Below are positions 15,461 through 28,293 of a DNA stretch of 64,000 bases, one piece after another. The notes under the pieces were generated by a model. That model made no database searches. It saw only the letters and a program-made list of their open reading frames with translations, and was not told the origin of the DNA. How positions within the stretch are numbered: position 1 is the first letter of the stretch; every line of letters begins with the position of its first letter. The stretch is from an uncultured Gammaproteobacteria bacterium (GTDB lineage Bacteria > Patescibacteriota > Patescibacteriia > Magasanikbacterales > GWA2-37-8): contig CAZBWU010000003.1 in assembly GCA_964496095.1 (NCBI GenBank), positions 65,901-129,900 of the forward strand, written 5' to 3'. Both the position numbers and the translations under genes were made by a program.

Positions 15461-18439
15461 TTAATTTATTTTAAAATCTTTTATGCTTTGAAATATTTCA
15501 TCAAACACATCAATAGAACCTTTAAATACAATAACATATTTTGATTGTTCGGAGCCATTTGGAAAAAGAATTACGACCCCTGTTGCACCTTCATCTCCAC
15601 TATCTCGAGGAGGATATTCAAATTTTTTTATTTGAAATCCATTCCAAACAGACGAACTTGTAATATACTCTGTTTTTCCAAGACTAAAAGATTCTTTAGA
15701 AACAGAAAATTCGGAGAAAAATCCAGTATTGCTTTCACCTTGACTAGTAAAATAAACCCGATTTTTAGACCTTTTTACACTTAACGCATAGGGATAGGAA
15801 ATTGTAAAACTAGGCAAGTCATCACCGTTTTCCACATAGGTAGAAGCTGAATTTGCTTTTTGTTGGGCTAAAGCTAAATCCATTTCTCTCTTTGCATCAG
15901 ACTTTGCCAAAGCCACCTGATTTGCCACCTCTATCTTTACCTCCTCCGCCGACATTTTATTTGCATTTACATTCTGGCAAGTATAACCACCCAATATTGT
16001 CGTGAGTCCCAATACCCCAAAAATCAAAAGCATCTTAGAAGCCACATTCATCTTGAAACTGCTGGTTGGTTTGGCAGCGACTTTTTTCTCCATACTGGCA
16101 ATCCGCTCACGAGTTTTGATTACTGTGTCCGGATTGAGAGAAATACTATCTATTCCCTCTTGCACCAAAAATTCAGCAAACTCAGGATAATCACTTGGCG
16201 CTTGACCACAGATACCAACTTTACGCTTATTTTCATGCGCAACTTTTATTACTTGTCTAATCAAAGTTTTTACCGCTTCGTTTTTTTCATCATAAACATG
16301 ACTCACAAGAGCCGAATCTCTATCTACACCGAGTGTAAGCTGGGTCAAATCATTTGAGCCAATACTAAACCCATCAAAAATTTCACAGAATTCTTTGGCT
16401 AAAATTACATTCGCCGGAATCTCACACATCACATAGACTTTGAGACCGTCTTTGCCTCGCTCCAGGCCAAATTCTTTCATCACTGCCAAAACTTTTTTAC
16501 CTTCTTCTATTGTCCGACAAAATGGCACCATCACTATCAAATTTTTCATCCCCCACTCATTGCGGACTTTTTTGATAGCTTCACATTCTAGTTTAAATCC
16601 AGCTTTATATTTTGGATCATAATAACGAGATGCGCCTCTCCAACCAATCATTGGATTTTCTTCTTTTGGTTCGTAGGCTTGCCCACCGATTAACGTTGCA
16701 TATTCATTGGTCTTAAAATCTGACAAACGGACAATCACATCGTTAGGATGAAAAGCAGAAGTGATAAAGGCAATACCCTCGGCGAGCTTGTCTACACAGT
16801 ACTTGGATTTATCTTTATAATCGCTTGTGAGCGCGTCTATCTTGGCTTTAACATCTTTGGGCTGATCTTTATAATTGACTAGCGCCAAGGGGTGAATTTT
16901 AACAAAATTTGTAAAAATAAATTCTTCGCGAGCTAGACCGACACCGTCATTTGGTAAATTAGCGAGCGTGAAAGCATTGCTCGGATCACCCACATTCATC
17001 ATGATCTTGGTGCGAGTATCAGGGACATTTTTTATTTCAGTACGAATAACTTCAAATGGTAATAGGCCTTTGTACACATAACCAGTTTCGCCCTCGGCAC
17101 AAGACACAGTAACCTCATCTCCGGTTTTGATAGTTTGTCTGGCTTTGGCAGCGCCCACAATAGCCGGTGTGCCTAGTTCACGACTGACGATAGCGGCGTG
17201 TGAAGTCTTACCACCTTGTTCGGTGACAATAGCGCTAGCAATACGCATGATAGGCTCCCAGTCAGGATCAGTAATACGAGTAATCAAAACTTCTCCAGGT
17301 TTGAACTGTTTCATTTGCTTGGGCGAGTTGATAACTCTAGCTCTGCCCTGGCCAATTTTTTGACCAACACTTGAACCAGTGAGCAATACTTTTCCTTTTT
17401 CTTTTTGTTTTATTTGATATTGCTCTATGGTATTTATTATTTTTGATTGAACAGTTTCAGATCTAGCTTGTACAATAAATAGCTGCCCGCTAATTCCGTC
17501 TTTGGCCCATTCTATATCCATCGGATGACCATAGTGTTCTTCTATCAATACGCCCCATTTGGATAATTGCAAAACTTCGTCATCGGTCAAACAATAATTT
17601 CTTTGATCTGATGGTTTTACTTTTTCTTGCTTAGTACCAATTTTTCCGTAAATTAACTTTACTTCTTTACTTCCCAAGCGCCTACTAATAATCGACTTAA
17701 AATCATTTTTAATTCCATCTTTAAAAACATAAAACTGATCCGGAGTCACCCGGCCTTTGACCACATACTCACCAAGTCCATAAGAAGCATTGATAAGGAC
17801 TACGCCTTTGAAGCCTGATTCGGTATCTAGAGTAAACATTACACCACTAGTACCCATATCAGATCGCACCATTTCTTGTACACCCACTGAAAGAGCAATC
17901 GCTGTATGCTCATAGCCTTTATCTTCGCGATACGAGATAGCTCGGTCGGTAAATAGCGAAGCAATACATTTTTTACTTGCCAGCAACAATTCTTTTTCAC
18001 CACAAACATTGAGATAAGTTTCTTGCTGTCCAGCAAAACTAGCATCAGGCAAATCTTCGGCCGTGGCGCTAGAGCGCACAGCCACATCTAAATTAGCTTT
18101 CTTAGAAGATTTACAAAGCGCTTTATAAGCAATACCTATTTCTTTTTCTATTTGTTTAGGAAATTTGGAATCAAGAATCATTTTGCGAATTTTGCTTCCT
18201 ACTACTGCCAAATCATGCACATTTTTTTTATCTAAGCCTCTTAGAGTATCTTTTATTTTTTTATCTAAATTATTTTCTTTTATAAAGTCCCAATAAACAT
18301 CGGCGGTCAACGCAAAACCATTGGGTACTTTCATACCCTTAGAAGTAAGTTTGGCATACATTTCACCAAGGGAAGCGTTTTTACCTCCAACCGAAGGAAT
18401 GTCTTTGATGGTTAGGTCTTTAAACCAGCTTATATACAT
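15461..18439 (-). CDS. ppsA: phosphoenolpyruvate synthase (pyruvate, water dikinase) with an approximately 196 aa C-terminal extension
   Basis: N-terminal ...SVGGKNASLGEMYAKLT... and a PEP-utilising TIM-barrel C-domain are collinear with PpsA for about 790 aa. The frame then continues without a stop into MNVASKMLLIFGVLGLTTILGGYTCQ..., a signal/lipobox-like segment plus about 170 aa. Confidence 0.8.
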   Translation of the reverse strand: MYISWFKDLTIKDIPSVGGKNASLGEMYAKLTSKGMKVPNGFALTADVYWDFIKENNLDKKIKDTLRGLDKKNVHDLAVVGSKIRKMILDSKFPKQIEKEIGIAYKALCKSSKKANLDVAVRSSATAEDLPDASFAGQQETYLNVCGEKELLLASKKCIASLFTDRAISYREDKGYEHTAIALSVGVQEMVRSDMGTSGVMFTLDTESGFKGVVLINASYGLGEYVVKGRVTPDQFYVFKDGIKNDFKSIISRRLGSKEVKLIYGKIGTKQEKVKPSDQRNYCLTDDEVLQLSKWGVLIEEHYGHPMDIEWAKDGISGQLFIVQARSETVQSKIINTIEQYQIKQKEKGKVLLTGSSVGQKIGQGRARVINSPKQMKQFKPGEVLITRITDPDWEPIMRIASAIVTEQGGKTSHAAIVSRELGTPAIVGAAKARQTIKTGDEVTVSCAEGETGYVYKGLLPFEVIRTEIKNVPDTRTKIMMNVGDPSNAFTLANLPNDGVGLAREEFIFTNFVKIHPLALVNYKDQPKDVKAKIDALTSDYKDKSKYCVDKLAEGIAFITSAFHPNDVIVRLSDFKTNEYATLIGGQAYEPKEENPMIGWRGASRYYDPKYKAGFKLECEAIKKVRNEWGMKNLIVMVPFCRTIEEGKKVLAVMKEFGLERGKDGLKVYVMCEIPANVILAKEFCEIFDGFSIGSNDLTQLTLGVDRDSALVSHVYDEKNEAVKTLIRQVIKVAHENKRKVGICGQAPSDYPEFAEFLVQEGIDSISLNPDTVIKTRERIASMEKKVAAKPTSSFKMNVASKMLLIFGVLGLTTILGGYTCQNVNANKMSAEEVKIEVANQVALAKSDAKREMDLALAQQKANSASTYVENGDDLPSFTISYPYALSVKRSKNRVYFTSQGESNTGFFSEFSVSKESFSLGKTEYITSSSVWNGFQIKKFEYPPRDSGDEGATGVVILFPNGSEQSKYVIVFKGSIDVFDEIFQSIKDFKIN

Positions 18440-18485
18440 AGCGCGTATATTTTACCACTTTTTGGAGAAAACTAAAAGGCCGTAA

Positions 18486-20525
<2,040 letters not shown>

Positions 20526-20530
20526 TTAAT

Positions 20531-20605
20531 TTCACGAATGCGCTCGAGCGCCACGAATGAGACTAATATTTCTATCATTCGTGGGCCTCAAGGCCATTCG
20601 TGAAA
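20531..20605. repeat. palindromic repeat, second family (cacgaatg...cattcgtg)
   Basis: ttcacgaatgcgctcgagcgccacgaatga...tcattcgtgggcctcaaggccattcgtgaa is related to the 4989..5060 copy. Confidence 0.55.
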
Positions 20606-20611
20606 TTCTCA

Positions 20612-21472
20612 TCACAATAGTCCCATATACCAATCTACAATTCTATTTCCCCAAACAATACAAACAAGTGTCGCCGCAGCCAGATAAGTTCCAAACGGTG
20701 TAGCGCTTTTTAAAGTTTTCTTCTTAAAAACTAATAATAGCAAACTTATAACTGCTCCGGAGATATAGGCGATAAAAAGCGCGGCCAAACTTATCGGCCA
20801 ACCCAACCACAAACCCATCATCACTCCCAAGCGCACATCCCCTCCTCCAATCCAACGTCCTTTGGAAACTGCAAATTGCAACAAGAAAAAACCACTAATT
20901 ACAACTGCGCCAAGCAACATTGACGTGATACTATAATCCAAATATAAATTAAAAAAAATGCCAATCAAAGATCCTAACCAAACAACTTCAGATAGAACTT
21001 CTTGATACAGGGCATCATAAACAAAAACTACAATTAAAATTATCAAAAAAATTATATTTCGCAAAAAATACAAATAATTTTCAGTCGGATGATTCAAAGA
21101 ATGTCTAGCTAACAGAACAAACAAGATGGAGGTAACAATTTCTACCAAAGTATAATGAAGTGGAATAGGATTTTTACAAGTCAGACATTTACCTTTTAAG
21201 GCGATAAAACTCAACACCGGAATATTTTCATACCAACGCAATTGACGATGACAAACCGGGCACATGCTCCGCCCACTGGTAATACGATAATTTTCACGAG
21301 TTCGCCAAATCCAAGCATTGAGAAAACTACCCACCGATAGACCTAGGAAGAAAATGATAAGGTAAGCAAACTTACCGAAAAATTGATAGTAATACATAAT
21401 GATATATAATAACACAATTGCAAAAAAACAAAAATCCCGCTCTTTTGCAAGGGCGGGAATCTTGTTTTTCAA
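20612..21472 (-). CDS. pilD: prepilin peptidase (A24 family)
   Basis: N-terminal CPVCHRQL...CLTCKNPI Zn-binding pair, multiple TM helices and a catalytic-region GGGDVRLG motif. Confidence 0.8.
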   Translation of the reverse strand: MKNKIPALAKERDFCFFAIVLLYIIMYYYQFFGKFAYLIIFFLGLSVGSFLNAWIWRTRENYRITSGRSMCPVCHRQLRWYENIPVLSFIALKGKCLTCKNPIPLHYTLVEIVTSILFVLLARHSLNHPTENYLYFLRNIIFLIILIVVFVYDALYQEVLSEVVWLGSLIGIFFNLYLDYSITSMLLGAVVISGFFLLQFAVSKGRWIGGGDVRLGVMMGLWLGWPISLAALFIAYISGAVISLLLLVFKKKTLKSATPFGTYLAAATLVCIVWGNRIVDWYMGLL

Positions 21473-21483
21473 ATTTGAAAAAA

Positions 21484-21933
21484 CTAGTTAGAAGTGTCTG
21501 CGATTCCAGATGGACTCAAGGTGATTCCACCAGTTAAGTTATTCATGGCTGTTTCCAAGGTAGCAGTGATTGTATATGTATTAACACCCTTTGTGTATAC
21601 ATAACTTTGAGCTGTTAATGGATCTGCTGGAACTTGTCCCATATATGGGCTAGCGCATAAAGCAACAGTTGTAAAACCATTACCATCCAAACAAGCGTAG
21701 TCAGAAATTCCTAAAGTGATAGGATTTGCAGCTACCGGATAATCCGTTTTGTCAGTATAGTAAAGTTCTAAAGCGGTTTGCATTTGCTTTAAGTCGGAAA
21801 GACGTTTAGCATCACGAGCTTTTTGTCTCGCATTGCCAAGTGCCACTACTGCCAAGGTTGACAGTAAACCGATAATAGCAATTACAACCAACAACTCAAT
21901 CAAAGTAAAACCTTTATTATTCTTTTTCATCAT
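21484..21933 (-). CDS. type IV pilin
   Basis: MMKKNNKGFTLIELLVVIAIIGLLSTLAVVAL has the class III signal with G|FTLIE cleavage motif. Disulfide-bonded C-terminal region. Confidence 0.8.
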   Translation of the reverse strand: MMKKNNKGFTLIELLVVIAIIGLLSTLAVVALGNARQKARDAKRLSDLKQMQTALELYYTDKTDYPVAANPITLGISDYACLDGNGFTTVALCASPYMGQVPADPLTAQSYVYTKGVNTYTITATLETAMNNLTGGITLSPSGIADTSN

Positions 21934-22022
21934 ATTGTCACCCCCTTCCTATTCTTTGTAGTCATAAGCCTAGTCTTTAAAAATCGATTGCTATATTTTC
22001 CCCTACGTATATTATACCACAT

Positions 22023-22406
22023 TTACAGATGCAAAATCTTTTTTACTTTATCCACAACCTCTGATGGTTTGAAATGAGTCTTGATTAGATAGTCCGCTGC
22101 GCCTTTTTCTAATCCGCGTTGCACATCGTCTTGCTGACCTAAATTGGTCAGTAATATTATAGGAATATTTTTTACCGCCGAATCTGCTTTGACTTTTTCA
22201 AGCACGGCAAAACCATCTAATTTTGGCAATAAGATGTCTAACAAGACCAAGTCTGGCATTTTTTTCTTGATATCTACCAAAGCTTTTTCACCATTGCCAG
22301 CAGTGCTTACCTTAAAGCCTTCCATTTCAAATTTTTTCTGATAAATATCAGCCAAAAAATTATCGTCTTCTACAATCAAGATATGAATTTGATTATTTTG
22401 CGCCAT
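22023..22406 (-). CDS. single-domain response regulator (CheY-like receiver)
   Basis: ...HILIVEDDNFLADIY...LVLLDILLPKLDGF...IPIILLTNLGQ...ADYLIKT, receiver domain only, inside the pilus gene block. Confidence 0.75.
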   Translation of the reverse strand: MAQNNQIHILIVEDDNFLADIYQKKFEMEGFKVSTAGNGEKALVDIKKKMPDLVLLDILLPKLDGFAVLEKVKADSAVKNIPIILLTNLGQQDDVQRGLEKGAADYLIKTHFKPSEVVDKVKKILHL

Positions 22407-22429
22407 AAAATTAAATCTAATTTATTTTT

Positions 22430-23578
22430 TTATAACATATCTCTCATCGCCAACCCGACTGCCACTGACATTCTTGGTCCAATTTGGCGAAGTACAGGCT
22501 TGAGACCATCCTGATAAACAACTCTAGCCCAAGCATCGCCAACATAACATTTAATTCTAAATTTACTTTCAATATATTTTGTCAAAAACGGCATCAGCGC
22601 CATTCCGCCGGTCAAAATAATTTTTTCTGGACGCTTGCCTTCGTTGCCAGACTGACGTAAATAAACTTCCAAACTTATTTCTATTTCTTTAAGTATAGGA
22701 TCTATTACTGGCATAAAAATGTCAAGCCACTTTTGCTCACTCAAAATATTATTTCCATTTGTTGGGAGAAAATCAAACAAATCATGCTTTACCTGTTCTA
22801 GCAATTCGATATCCAGTCCCAAAATATTTTGCATTATCTTGTCTATCTTGTCTCCGCCCGCATCTATACTATGATGAGTTATTGGCACTCCTTGATCAAT
22901 GATAAAAAAACTAGTCCTCTCTGCTCCCACATCTATTATCATAGACACAGACTGGTCTCGGCCAATCAAACAACGAGTCAAGGCGGTTGATTCTGGCTCT
23001 AAGGCTTCCAGAGTCAAACCGGCTCTACCAAAAACCTTAGAATAAAAATCGATCAGTTTGTGAGAAACAGCGTTGACCAGCACCCGCTGATTTTTTTCAG
23101 CTGGATTGGTATTTTTTAACACTTGAAAATCCAAAGCCACCTCTTCTAGCGGAATAGGTAATAATTTTTTGACTTCGGCTTTGACAGCGTGATCAAGTTC
23201 TTCTTTTTTGAGAGGAGGTAAAGTGACAACTGCGTGAAATACAGAAGATACAGGCAAACTGACCATGGCGGTCTTAGAAACTACTCGAGCTGTTTTACAT
23301 AGTACCTTTATTGTATCAGCGTATTTGATTATCTGCGCCTCGTTATCCATTTGATCTGAAGCAGCATTGATAGTGGCGGGCTTGTTTTCTTTATTGAGAA
23401 GCCTTGCTATATTTTTATCTTCGTTGGATTGAAATTTGTGAATATCTTGTTTGTCGGAAGTAAAACTATAGGTAAACAAAACTGGTCTTTTCTTTTCTAG
23501 ACGTAATTCTACTAATTTTATTCCACCAGCACCAACATCAATTCCTAAATATGATTTTGGTTTAAAAAAACCGAACAT
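22430..23578 (-). CDS. pilM: type IV pilus assembly protein PilM (actin-like ATPase)
   Basis: MFGFFKPKSYLGIDVGAGGIKLVELR... is the PilM N-terminus. The first 9 codons of the longer ORF overlap a MITE and are excluded. Confidence 0.75.
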   Translation of the reverse strand: MFGFFKPKSYLGIDVGAGGIKLVELRLEKKRPVLFTYSFTSDKQDIHKFQSNEDKNIARLLNKENKPATINAASDQMDNEAQIIKYADTIKVLCKTARVVSKTAMVSLPVSSVFHAVVTLPPLKKEELDHAVKAEVKKLLPIPLEEVALDFQVLKNTNPAEKNQRVLVNAVSHKLIDFYSKVFGRAGLTLEALEPESTALTRCLIGRDQSVSMIIDVGAERTSFFIIDQGVPITHHSIDAGGDKIDKIMQNILGLDIELLEQVKHDLFDFLPTNGNNILSEQKWLDIFMPVIDPILKEIEISLEVYLRQSGNEGKRPEKIILTGGMALMPFLTKYIESKFRIKCYVGDAWARVVYQDGLKPVLRQIGPRMSVAVGLAMRDML

Positions 23579-23599
23579 AAGACAAAGTTTAACTTTGGC

Positions 23600-23670
23600 T
23601 GTCATCCTGAATGCAACGAAGGATCCCTTCCACGGTTTAAGGATTCTTCGGCGTTGCCTCAGAACGACAA
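23600..23670. repeat. MITE-like palindromic element, family A
   Basis: tgtcatcctgaatgcaacgaaggatcccttcc...ggattcttcggcgttgcctcagaacgacaa. Confidence 0.7.
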
Positions 23671-23799
23671 TTACACCTAACAGCGTTTTAATTATACCAA
23701 GAATCAGAAGTTAAGTGTATAGCCCAGTTGATAACTGGGGATAAATAAGTTACAATATGAATATTGCTAATAGCCTGATGGCTCACAAATAATGCGAAT

Positions 23800-24171
23800 A
23801 TGGGAGATATAATTTACAAAGATTTATCATTCCAATTAAACGGCATTTTATTTACAACTCAAAACAAACTCGGAACCAAATTTCAAGAAAAACATTATTC
23901 CAAAGCTATCTGCGCCTATCTAGACGAACAAGATATTCCTTACAAAACAGAATTTCCATTCGACGTTAAAATAAATAATACGATTATTGGAAAATTTAGA
24001 GCCGATTTAATTGTTGACAATAAAATTCTTATAGAGTTAAAAGTTACGGACCGCTTAACGATTGACCATAAGATGCAAATGCTTCGGTATTTAGAAGCTC
24101 TTGACCTTAGACTAGGTTTATTAGTAAATTTCAGGATACGTCCTCTGCAAATTTGGAGGATACCTAACTAG
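23800..24171 (+). CDS. GxxExxY family protein (PD-(D/E)xK-like)
   Basis: 123 aa with ...YKTEFPFDV...IGKFRADLIVDNKILIELKV...GLLVNF typical of the GxxExxY family. Confidence 0.6.
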   Translation: MGDIIYKDLSFQLNGILFTTQNKLGTKFQEKHYSKAICAYLDEQDIPYKTEFPFDVKINNTIIGKFRADLIVDNKILIELKVTDRLTIDHKMQMLRYLEALDLRLGLLVNFRIRPLQIWRIPN

Positions 24172-24231
24172 AACATTCTAGAAAATTCGTATTATTAGTG
24201 GCCCACAAGGGCATTCGCAAATATCCTAATT

Positions 24232-25653
24232 ATGAAAATTTACAACACCCTCACTCGCGAAATCGAAGAATTCAAACCAATCAAAAAAGGTAAGGCTGGC
24301 CTCTATACCTGTGGCCCCACTGTTTATAATTATGCTCACATAGGCAACTTACGTACTTATGTTTTTGAAGATATTTTGAAAAGAGTTTTGGAATACAACA
24401 AATACAAAGTCAAACATATAATGAACATTACCGACGTTGGCCACCTCACAGACGACGCCGACCAAGGTGAAGATAAAATGGAAAAAGGTTCTGCTCGCGA
24501 AGGTAAAAGCGCTTGGGATATTGCGAAGTTTTATACCAAGGCTTTTGAAAACGACCTCAAAGATCTAAATATTATTTTCCCAACCAAATTTACCAAAGCC
24601 ACAGATAACATCAAAGAACAAATAAACTTAATCAAAAAACTAGAAAAAAAAGGTTTTACATACCAAACCAAAGATGGAGTTTATTTTGATACTTCCAAAT
24701 TAAAAGACTACGGCAAACTAGCTCAACTTGATAAACAAGATTTAAAAGCCGGATCAAGAGTAGAAATGGGTGATAAAAAAAATTCAACTGACTTTGCTCT
24801 CTGGAAATTTTCTACTCCGTTATCCCCTCCTGCCCGAGGAGGGGTTGGAGGTGGTGGGAGAAGACAAATGGAATGGAAGAGTCCTTGGGGCGTTGGTTTC
24901 CCTGGTTGGCATATAGAATGCTCGGCTATGGCTGCCAAATATCTTGGCCAACCTTTTGATATTCATTGTGGAGGTATAGACCATATTCCTGTGCACCATA
25001 CCAATGAAATTGCTCAGAGCGAAGCAGCTGAAGGCAAACCTTTAGCCAACTACTGGATGCATGGGGAGTTTTTGCTAATGGGAAGTGATAAAATGGCAAA
25101 ATCTGGCGATAACTTTGTCACTTTACAAACACTCAAAGAACATGGCATTTCTCCCCTAGCCTATCGCTATCTACTTTTGCAAACTCATTACCGAAAACAA
25201 CTCACGTTTAGTTGGGAGGCTTTACAGGCAGCGCAAAATGGTTTGGATCATCTCTATAAAGCCTCTGCAATGTTAAAAAACGATCCTACCATAGTAGATA
25301 AAGATTCAAACATGAAAGAAATTGAGTCATTTGAAAAATCAATTTATAACGACCTTGATATACCAGGCGCGCTCAGTTGGATGTGGATATTACTACAAAG
25401 ACGAGGGCTTACGTATAAAAAACTGTTAGAATTTGATAAAGTGCTTGGTCTACAGATAGACATAAATGTAAAAAGAATAAATAAAATAAAAACAGAAAAA
25501 AAACCTCCTGAGATTCAAAAACTAATCTCTGCTCGCAACGCTGCTCGCACATCAAAGGACTGGGTCAAGAGCGACGAACTACGAAAAGAAATAGAAGCTT
25601 TAGGATATACGGTTGAAGATAGAGCTGATGGAACAAAAATAATTAAAATTTAA
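24232..25653 (+). CDS. cysS: cysteine--tRNA ligase
   Basis: ...[17 protein letters not shown]... (HIGH), ...GWHIECSAM..., ...KMAKSGDN... (KMSKS). Contains an approximately 10-codon GC-rich palindromic in-frame insert. Confidence 0.9.
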   Translation: MKIYNTLTREIEEFKPIKKGKAGLYTCGPTVYNYAHIGNLRTYVFEDILKRVLEYNKYKVKHIMNITDVGHLTDDADQGEDKMEKGSAREGKSAWDIAKFYTKAFENDLKDLNIIFPTKFTKATDNIKEQINLIKKLEKKGFTYQTKDGVYFDTSKLKDYGKLAQLDKQDLKAGSRVEMGDKKNSTDFALWKFSTPLSPPARGGVGGGGRRQMEWKSPWGVGFPGWHIECSAMAAKYLGQPFDIHCGGIDHIPVHHTNEIAQSEAAEGKPLANYWMHGEFLLMGSDKMAKSGDNFVTLQTLKEHGISPLAYRYLLLQTHYRKQLTFSWEALQAAQNGLDHLYKASAMLKNDPTIVDKDSNMKEIESFEKSIYNDLDIPGALSWMWILLQRRGLTYKKLLEFDKVLGLQIDINVKRINKIKTEKKPPEIQKLISARNAARTSKDWVKSDELRKEIEALGYTVEDRADGTKIIKI

Positions 25654-26531
25654 AATTTCTTCTTATAGACAATATTTATCGCCGAGGGCAAGATGTGCAT
25701 CTGCAAATTTTTGGCACGAAAAACTTCACCATCAACTTGGATAAATTTTCCTCTCCGCTGATTTATTGATATTTCTTTCCCTGAAAATATTTGAACTCTC
25801 GGAGTTCTATCTATGCCACGCCAAAAAGAATACGCTAGAGAGTAAAAAATATCCCATAAGGTATAGGGATTAAAAACTACCACATCTAAAACGCCATCGC
25901 TAGGAGATATTTTTTTATCCAAAGGAATCCCCAAAACAGAGAGTCCGTTTAACACAATCGCAATTTTCCCCACTGTTTCGTATCGCTTGCCATCCACCAC
26001 AATCGTATAGCGGTGATTAAAATAAAGAAAAAAAGTTTTTAAAAAAGAAATTACATAAGCAAAAACCCCGTACTGTTTTTTAAGTTTACGTGTTGTTTGA
26101 TTTATGAGCGATGTATCATAGCCTTGCCCAGCACATATCAAGGCATAATATTGTCGATTTACACTAACAGCATCCAAAGTTTGCGACGAAGATGTCAGGG
26201 CGAAATCTAAAGAATTTGACAATGGAAACAAAGGTATTCCTAACGTAAGCGCTAAAATATTGGCTGAGCCTAATGGAATAATAGCTAATGGCACTGAAAT
26301 TTTATTCTCAATAAAAAACTGAGCTACTTCTCGCACCGTACCATCTCCCCCAACCACCAAAACTCTCTCATAGCTATCTTGCAAAAAAATACTAAAATCC
26401 TGATGAGGAACAGGCTTAGTTTCAAACCATGTATAATCTACTTTTCGATCTAGTAGAATTTTTTTAATTTTGCTTGCATTATCTATCCAACGCAAACCCG
26501 AAACTGGGTTATAAATAACAAAAATTTTCAT
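25650..26531 (-). CDS. diacylglycerol-kinase-family lipid kinase (DAGK_cat)
   Basis: ...[16 protein letters not shown]... has the GGDGT motif of the DAGK/YegS/sphingosine kinase catalytic domain. Confidence 0.6.
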   Translation of the reverse strand: MKIFVIYNPVSGLRWIDNASKIKKILLDRKVDYTWFETKPVPHQDFSIFLQDSYERVLVVGGDGTVREVAQFFIENKISVPLAIIPLGSANILALTLGIPLFPLSNSLDFALTSSSQTLDAVSVNRQYYALICAGQGYDTSLINQTTRKLKKQYGVFAYVISFLKTFFLYFNHRYTIVVDGKRYETVGKIAIVLNGLSVLGIPLDKKISPSDGVLDVVVFNPYTLWDIFYSLAYSFWRGIDRTPRVQIFSGKEISINQRRGKFIQVDGEVFRAKNLQMHILPSAINIVYKKKF

Positions 26532-27261
26532 ACATTATAATCACCGCGTTTAAAGGCTTGTCGAATCTTCATAAATTCTTTGGTGATTTTTATAGCATCT
26601 TTGATAGGATTTATTTTTGTACGCTGGTCATGCACCCAAGCCACCGGTAACTCTCTAATTTTATAACCCAAAGCCTGAGCCAGTGCCAAAACCTCCAAAT
26701 CAAAAGCCCAGCCATTAAATTTGGCACGCGAAAAGCAAGCTTGAGCTGATTCAGCGGTAAACAATTTAAAACCACACTGTGTATCACTAATTCCACTAAT
26801 AAGGCCTTTTCTCACGACTCTGTTAGCAATCCTAGACCAAACACGACGATACCAAGGAGCCTTTACTGCACCATATGCTCCAATCGCTCGACGCGAACCA
26901 ATCGCTATATGACTGCCAGCTGTAATAGCTGACAATAATTGTGGTAACTGCTCTATAGTAGTGGAATTATCCGCATCCATAAATAACCGTAAGTTGCCTT
27001 TTGCCTCAAGCATTCCTAGTCGTACCACATGGCCTTTTCCTTTATTTGGAAAACTTCTACCAAACGCAGGTATGGCAATTCCTTTGCAATAGCCGTAACA
27101 ACTTCGCTGGTATTGTCGCTGGATCCATCATTGACTACAATAATTTCATGAACAATATTTTGTTTGATTAACCATTCGCTAGTAGCACGCAAAGTCGGCA
27201 CGATACGCTCGGCTTCATTATAGGCTGGAATTATAACGGATAAATAGATACTTTCATTCAT
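26528..27261 (-). pseudogene. family 2 glycosyltransferase (dolichyl-phosphate mannose synthase-like), interrupted by a +/-1 frameshift near 27016-27030
   Basis: The upstream ORF (27016..27261) gives ...SVIIPAYNEAERI...VVNDGSSDNT... (GT2 N-terminus) and stops after ...LRLVEV. The adjacent frame reads ...FPNKGKGHVVRLGMLEAKGNLRLFMDADNS... into ORF 26528..27028. The conserved DxD and ED regions lie in different frames. Confidence 0.55.
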
Positions 27262-27354
27262 ATAATTGATTATAGCACACAGATAATAAAAACCAACTTA
27301 AAATTTATACCAAAAAATACTCCCCACAAAGTGAAGTAGGCTTATATTTTAATC

Positions 27355-28284
27355 CTAATCCATCCACTTCTTAATCTTAAATACCGAGAGCATCAGCATC
27401 GCGCCGATAAAAATAATAATAGAAATAATTGCAAATCCAAAAGGATTATCTATAAATGGTGTTCCCCCAGCATGAATGGCAAAAATAGTAGCTACGAGTG
27501 TCAAAGGAAAAGTGATTACCGAGATAATAGTAAGAGTCTTCATAATCTCATTCATCCGCAAACCAACCACCGACTCATTGGTTTCATCGAGAGCATCGGC
27601 GCTTTCTTTTTGGCTTTCTAGGGTATGCCAAATTTCAGCTACATGATCACGAGCGGTGTTTATATACAGTTGATAAGATTGTAGATCTAATTCCCTACCA
27701 CCACGACTGATTAAATGATCTAAAACTGTTTTATGACCTTGCATGGCTCGGCGGAAATTTACTACATTCATTTTCAATCTCAAAATCTCTTCGGCCATTT
27801 TTCTATCCGGAATTTTGACAAACAAAATTTTATCAATAGAATTCGTGTCGTCGTTCACATGTAACAAAATCGGAAAGATGGACTCCAACATACGATTGAG
27901 GAGTTCAAAAAATATATGAGCCGAAGTGCCATTAAAATATTTTTCTCTAAGCTCCGATTTCTTTTGGCAACTATTAAAAAACTCTTCTATAACAGCCAAA
28001 CTGCCATTATGTACGGTAATTAAACTACTGCTATTTAAGAAAAAATCCACTTCCGCAAAGCCTAAACGCCTAGTTTTACGGTCAAAAACCGGAAAATGTA
28101 AGACCAAAAAATAATAATTGTCGCGTTTGACAAACTTAGGACGCTGGAACGAAGGCAGGCTTTCTGAAATTTCTTGATCAGTAAATTGAAACCTTTTCTG
28201 CAAAGCGCGCAAAACCTTTTCTTCAGATTGGGTGACATTAACCCAGAGCAAACCATTATTTTGAATTTCGTTTAAATTTTTCAT
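27355..28284 (-). CDS. CorA-like divalent cation transporter family protein (GMN motif not conserved)
   Basis: Cytoplasmic N-domain plus two C-terminal TMs. The sequence before the last TM is ...TIFAIHAGGTPF instead of YGMNF. Start taken at MKNLNEI, because the longer ORF runs into a MITE. Confidence 0.5.
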   Translation of the reverse strand: MKNLNEIQNNGLLWVNVTQSEEKVLRALQKRFQFTDQEISESLPSFQRPKFVKRDNYYFLVLHFPVFDRKTRRLGFAEVDFFLNSSSLITVHNGSLAVIEEFFNSCQKKSELREKYFNGTSAHIFFELLNRMLESIFPILLHVNDDTNSIDKILFVKIPDRKMAEEILRLKMNVVNFRRAMQGHKTVLDHLISRGGRELDLQSYQLYINTARDHVAEIWHTLESQKESADALDETNESVVGLRMNEIMKTLTIISVITFPLTLVATIFAIHAGGTPFIDNPFGFAIISIIIFIGAMLMLSVFKIKKWMD

Positions 28285-28293
28285 AATTCTTTT

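Noticed and set aside
16002-17363. Several 60-80 aa plus-strand ORFs within ppsA
   Set aside because: They are antisense to a highly conserved PpsA reading frame.
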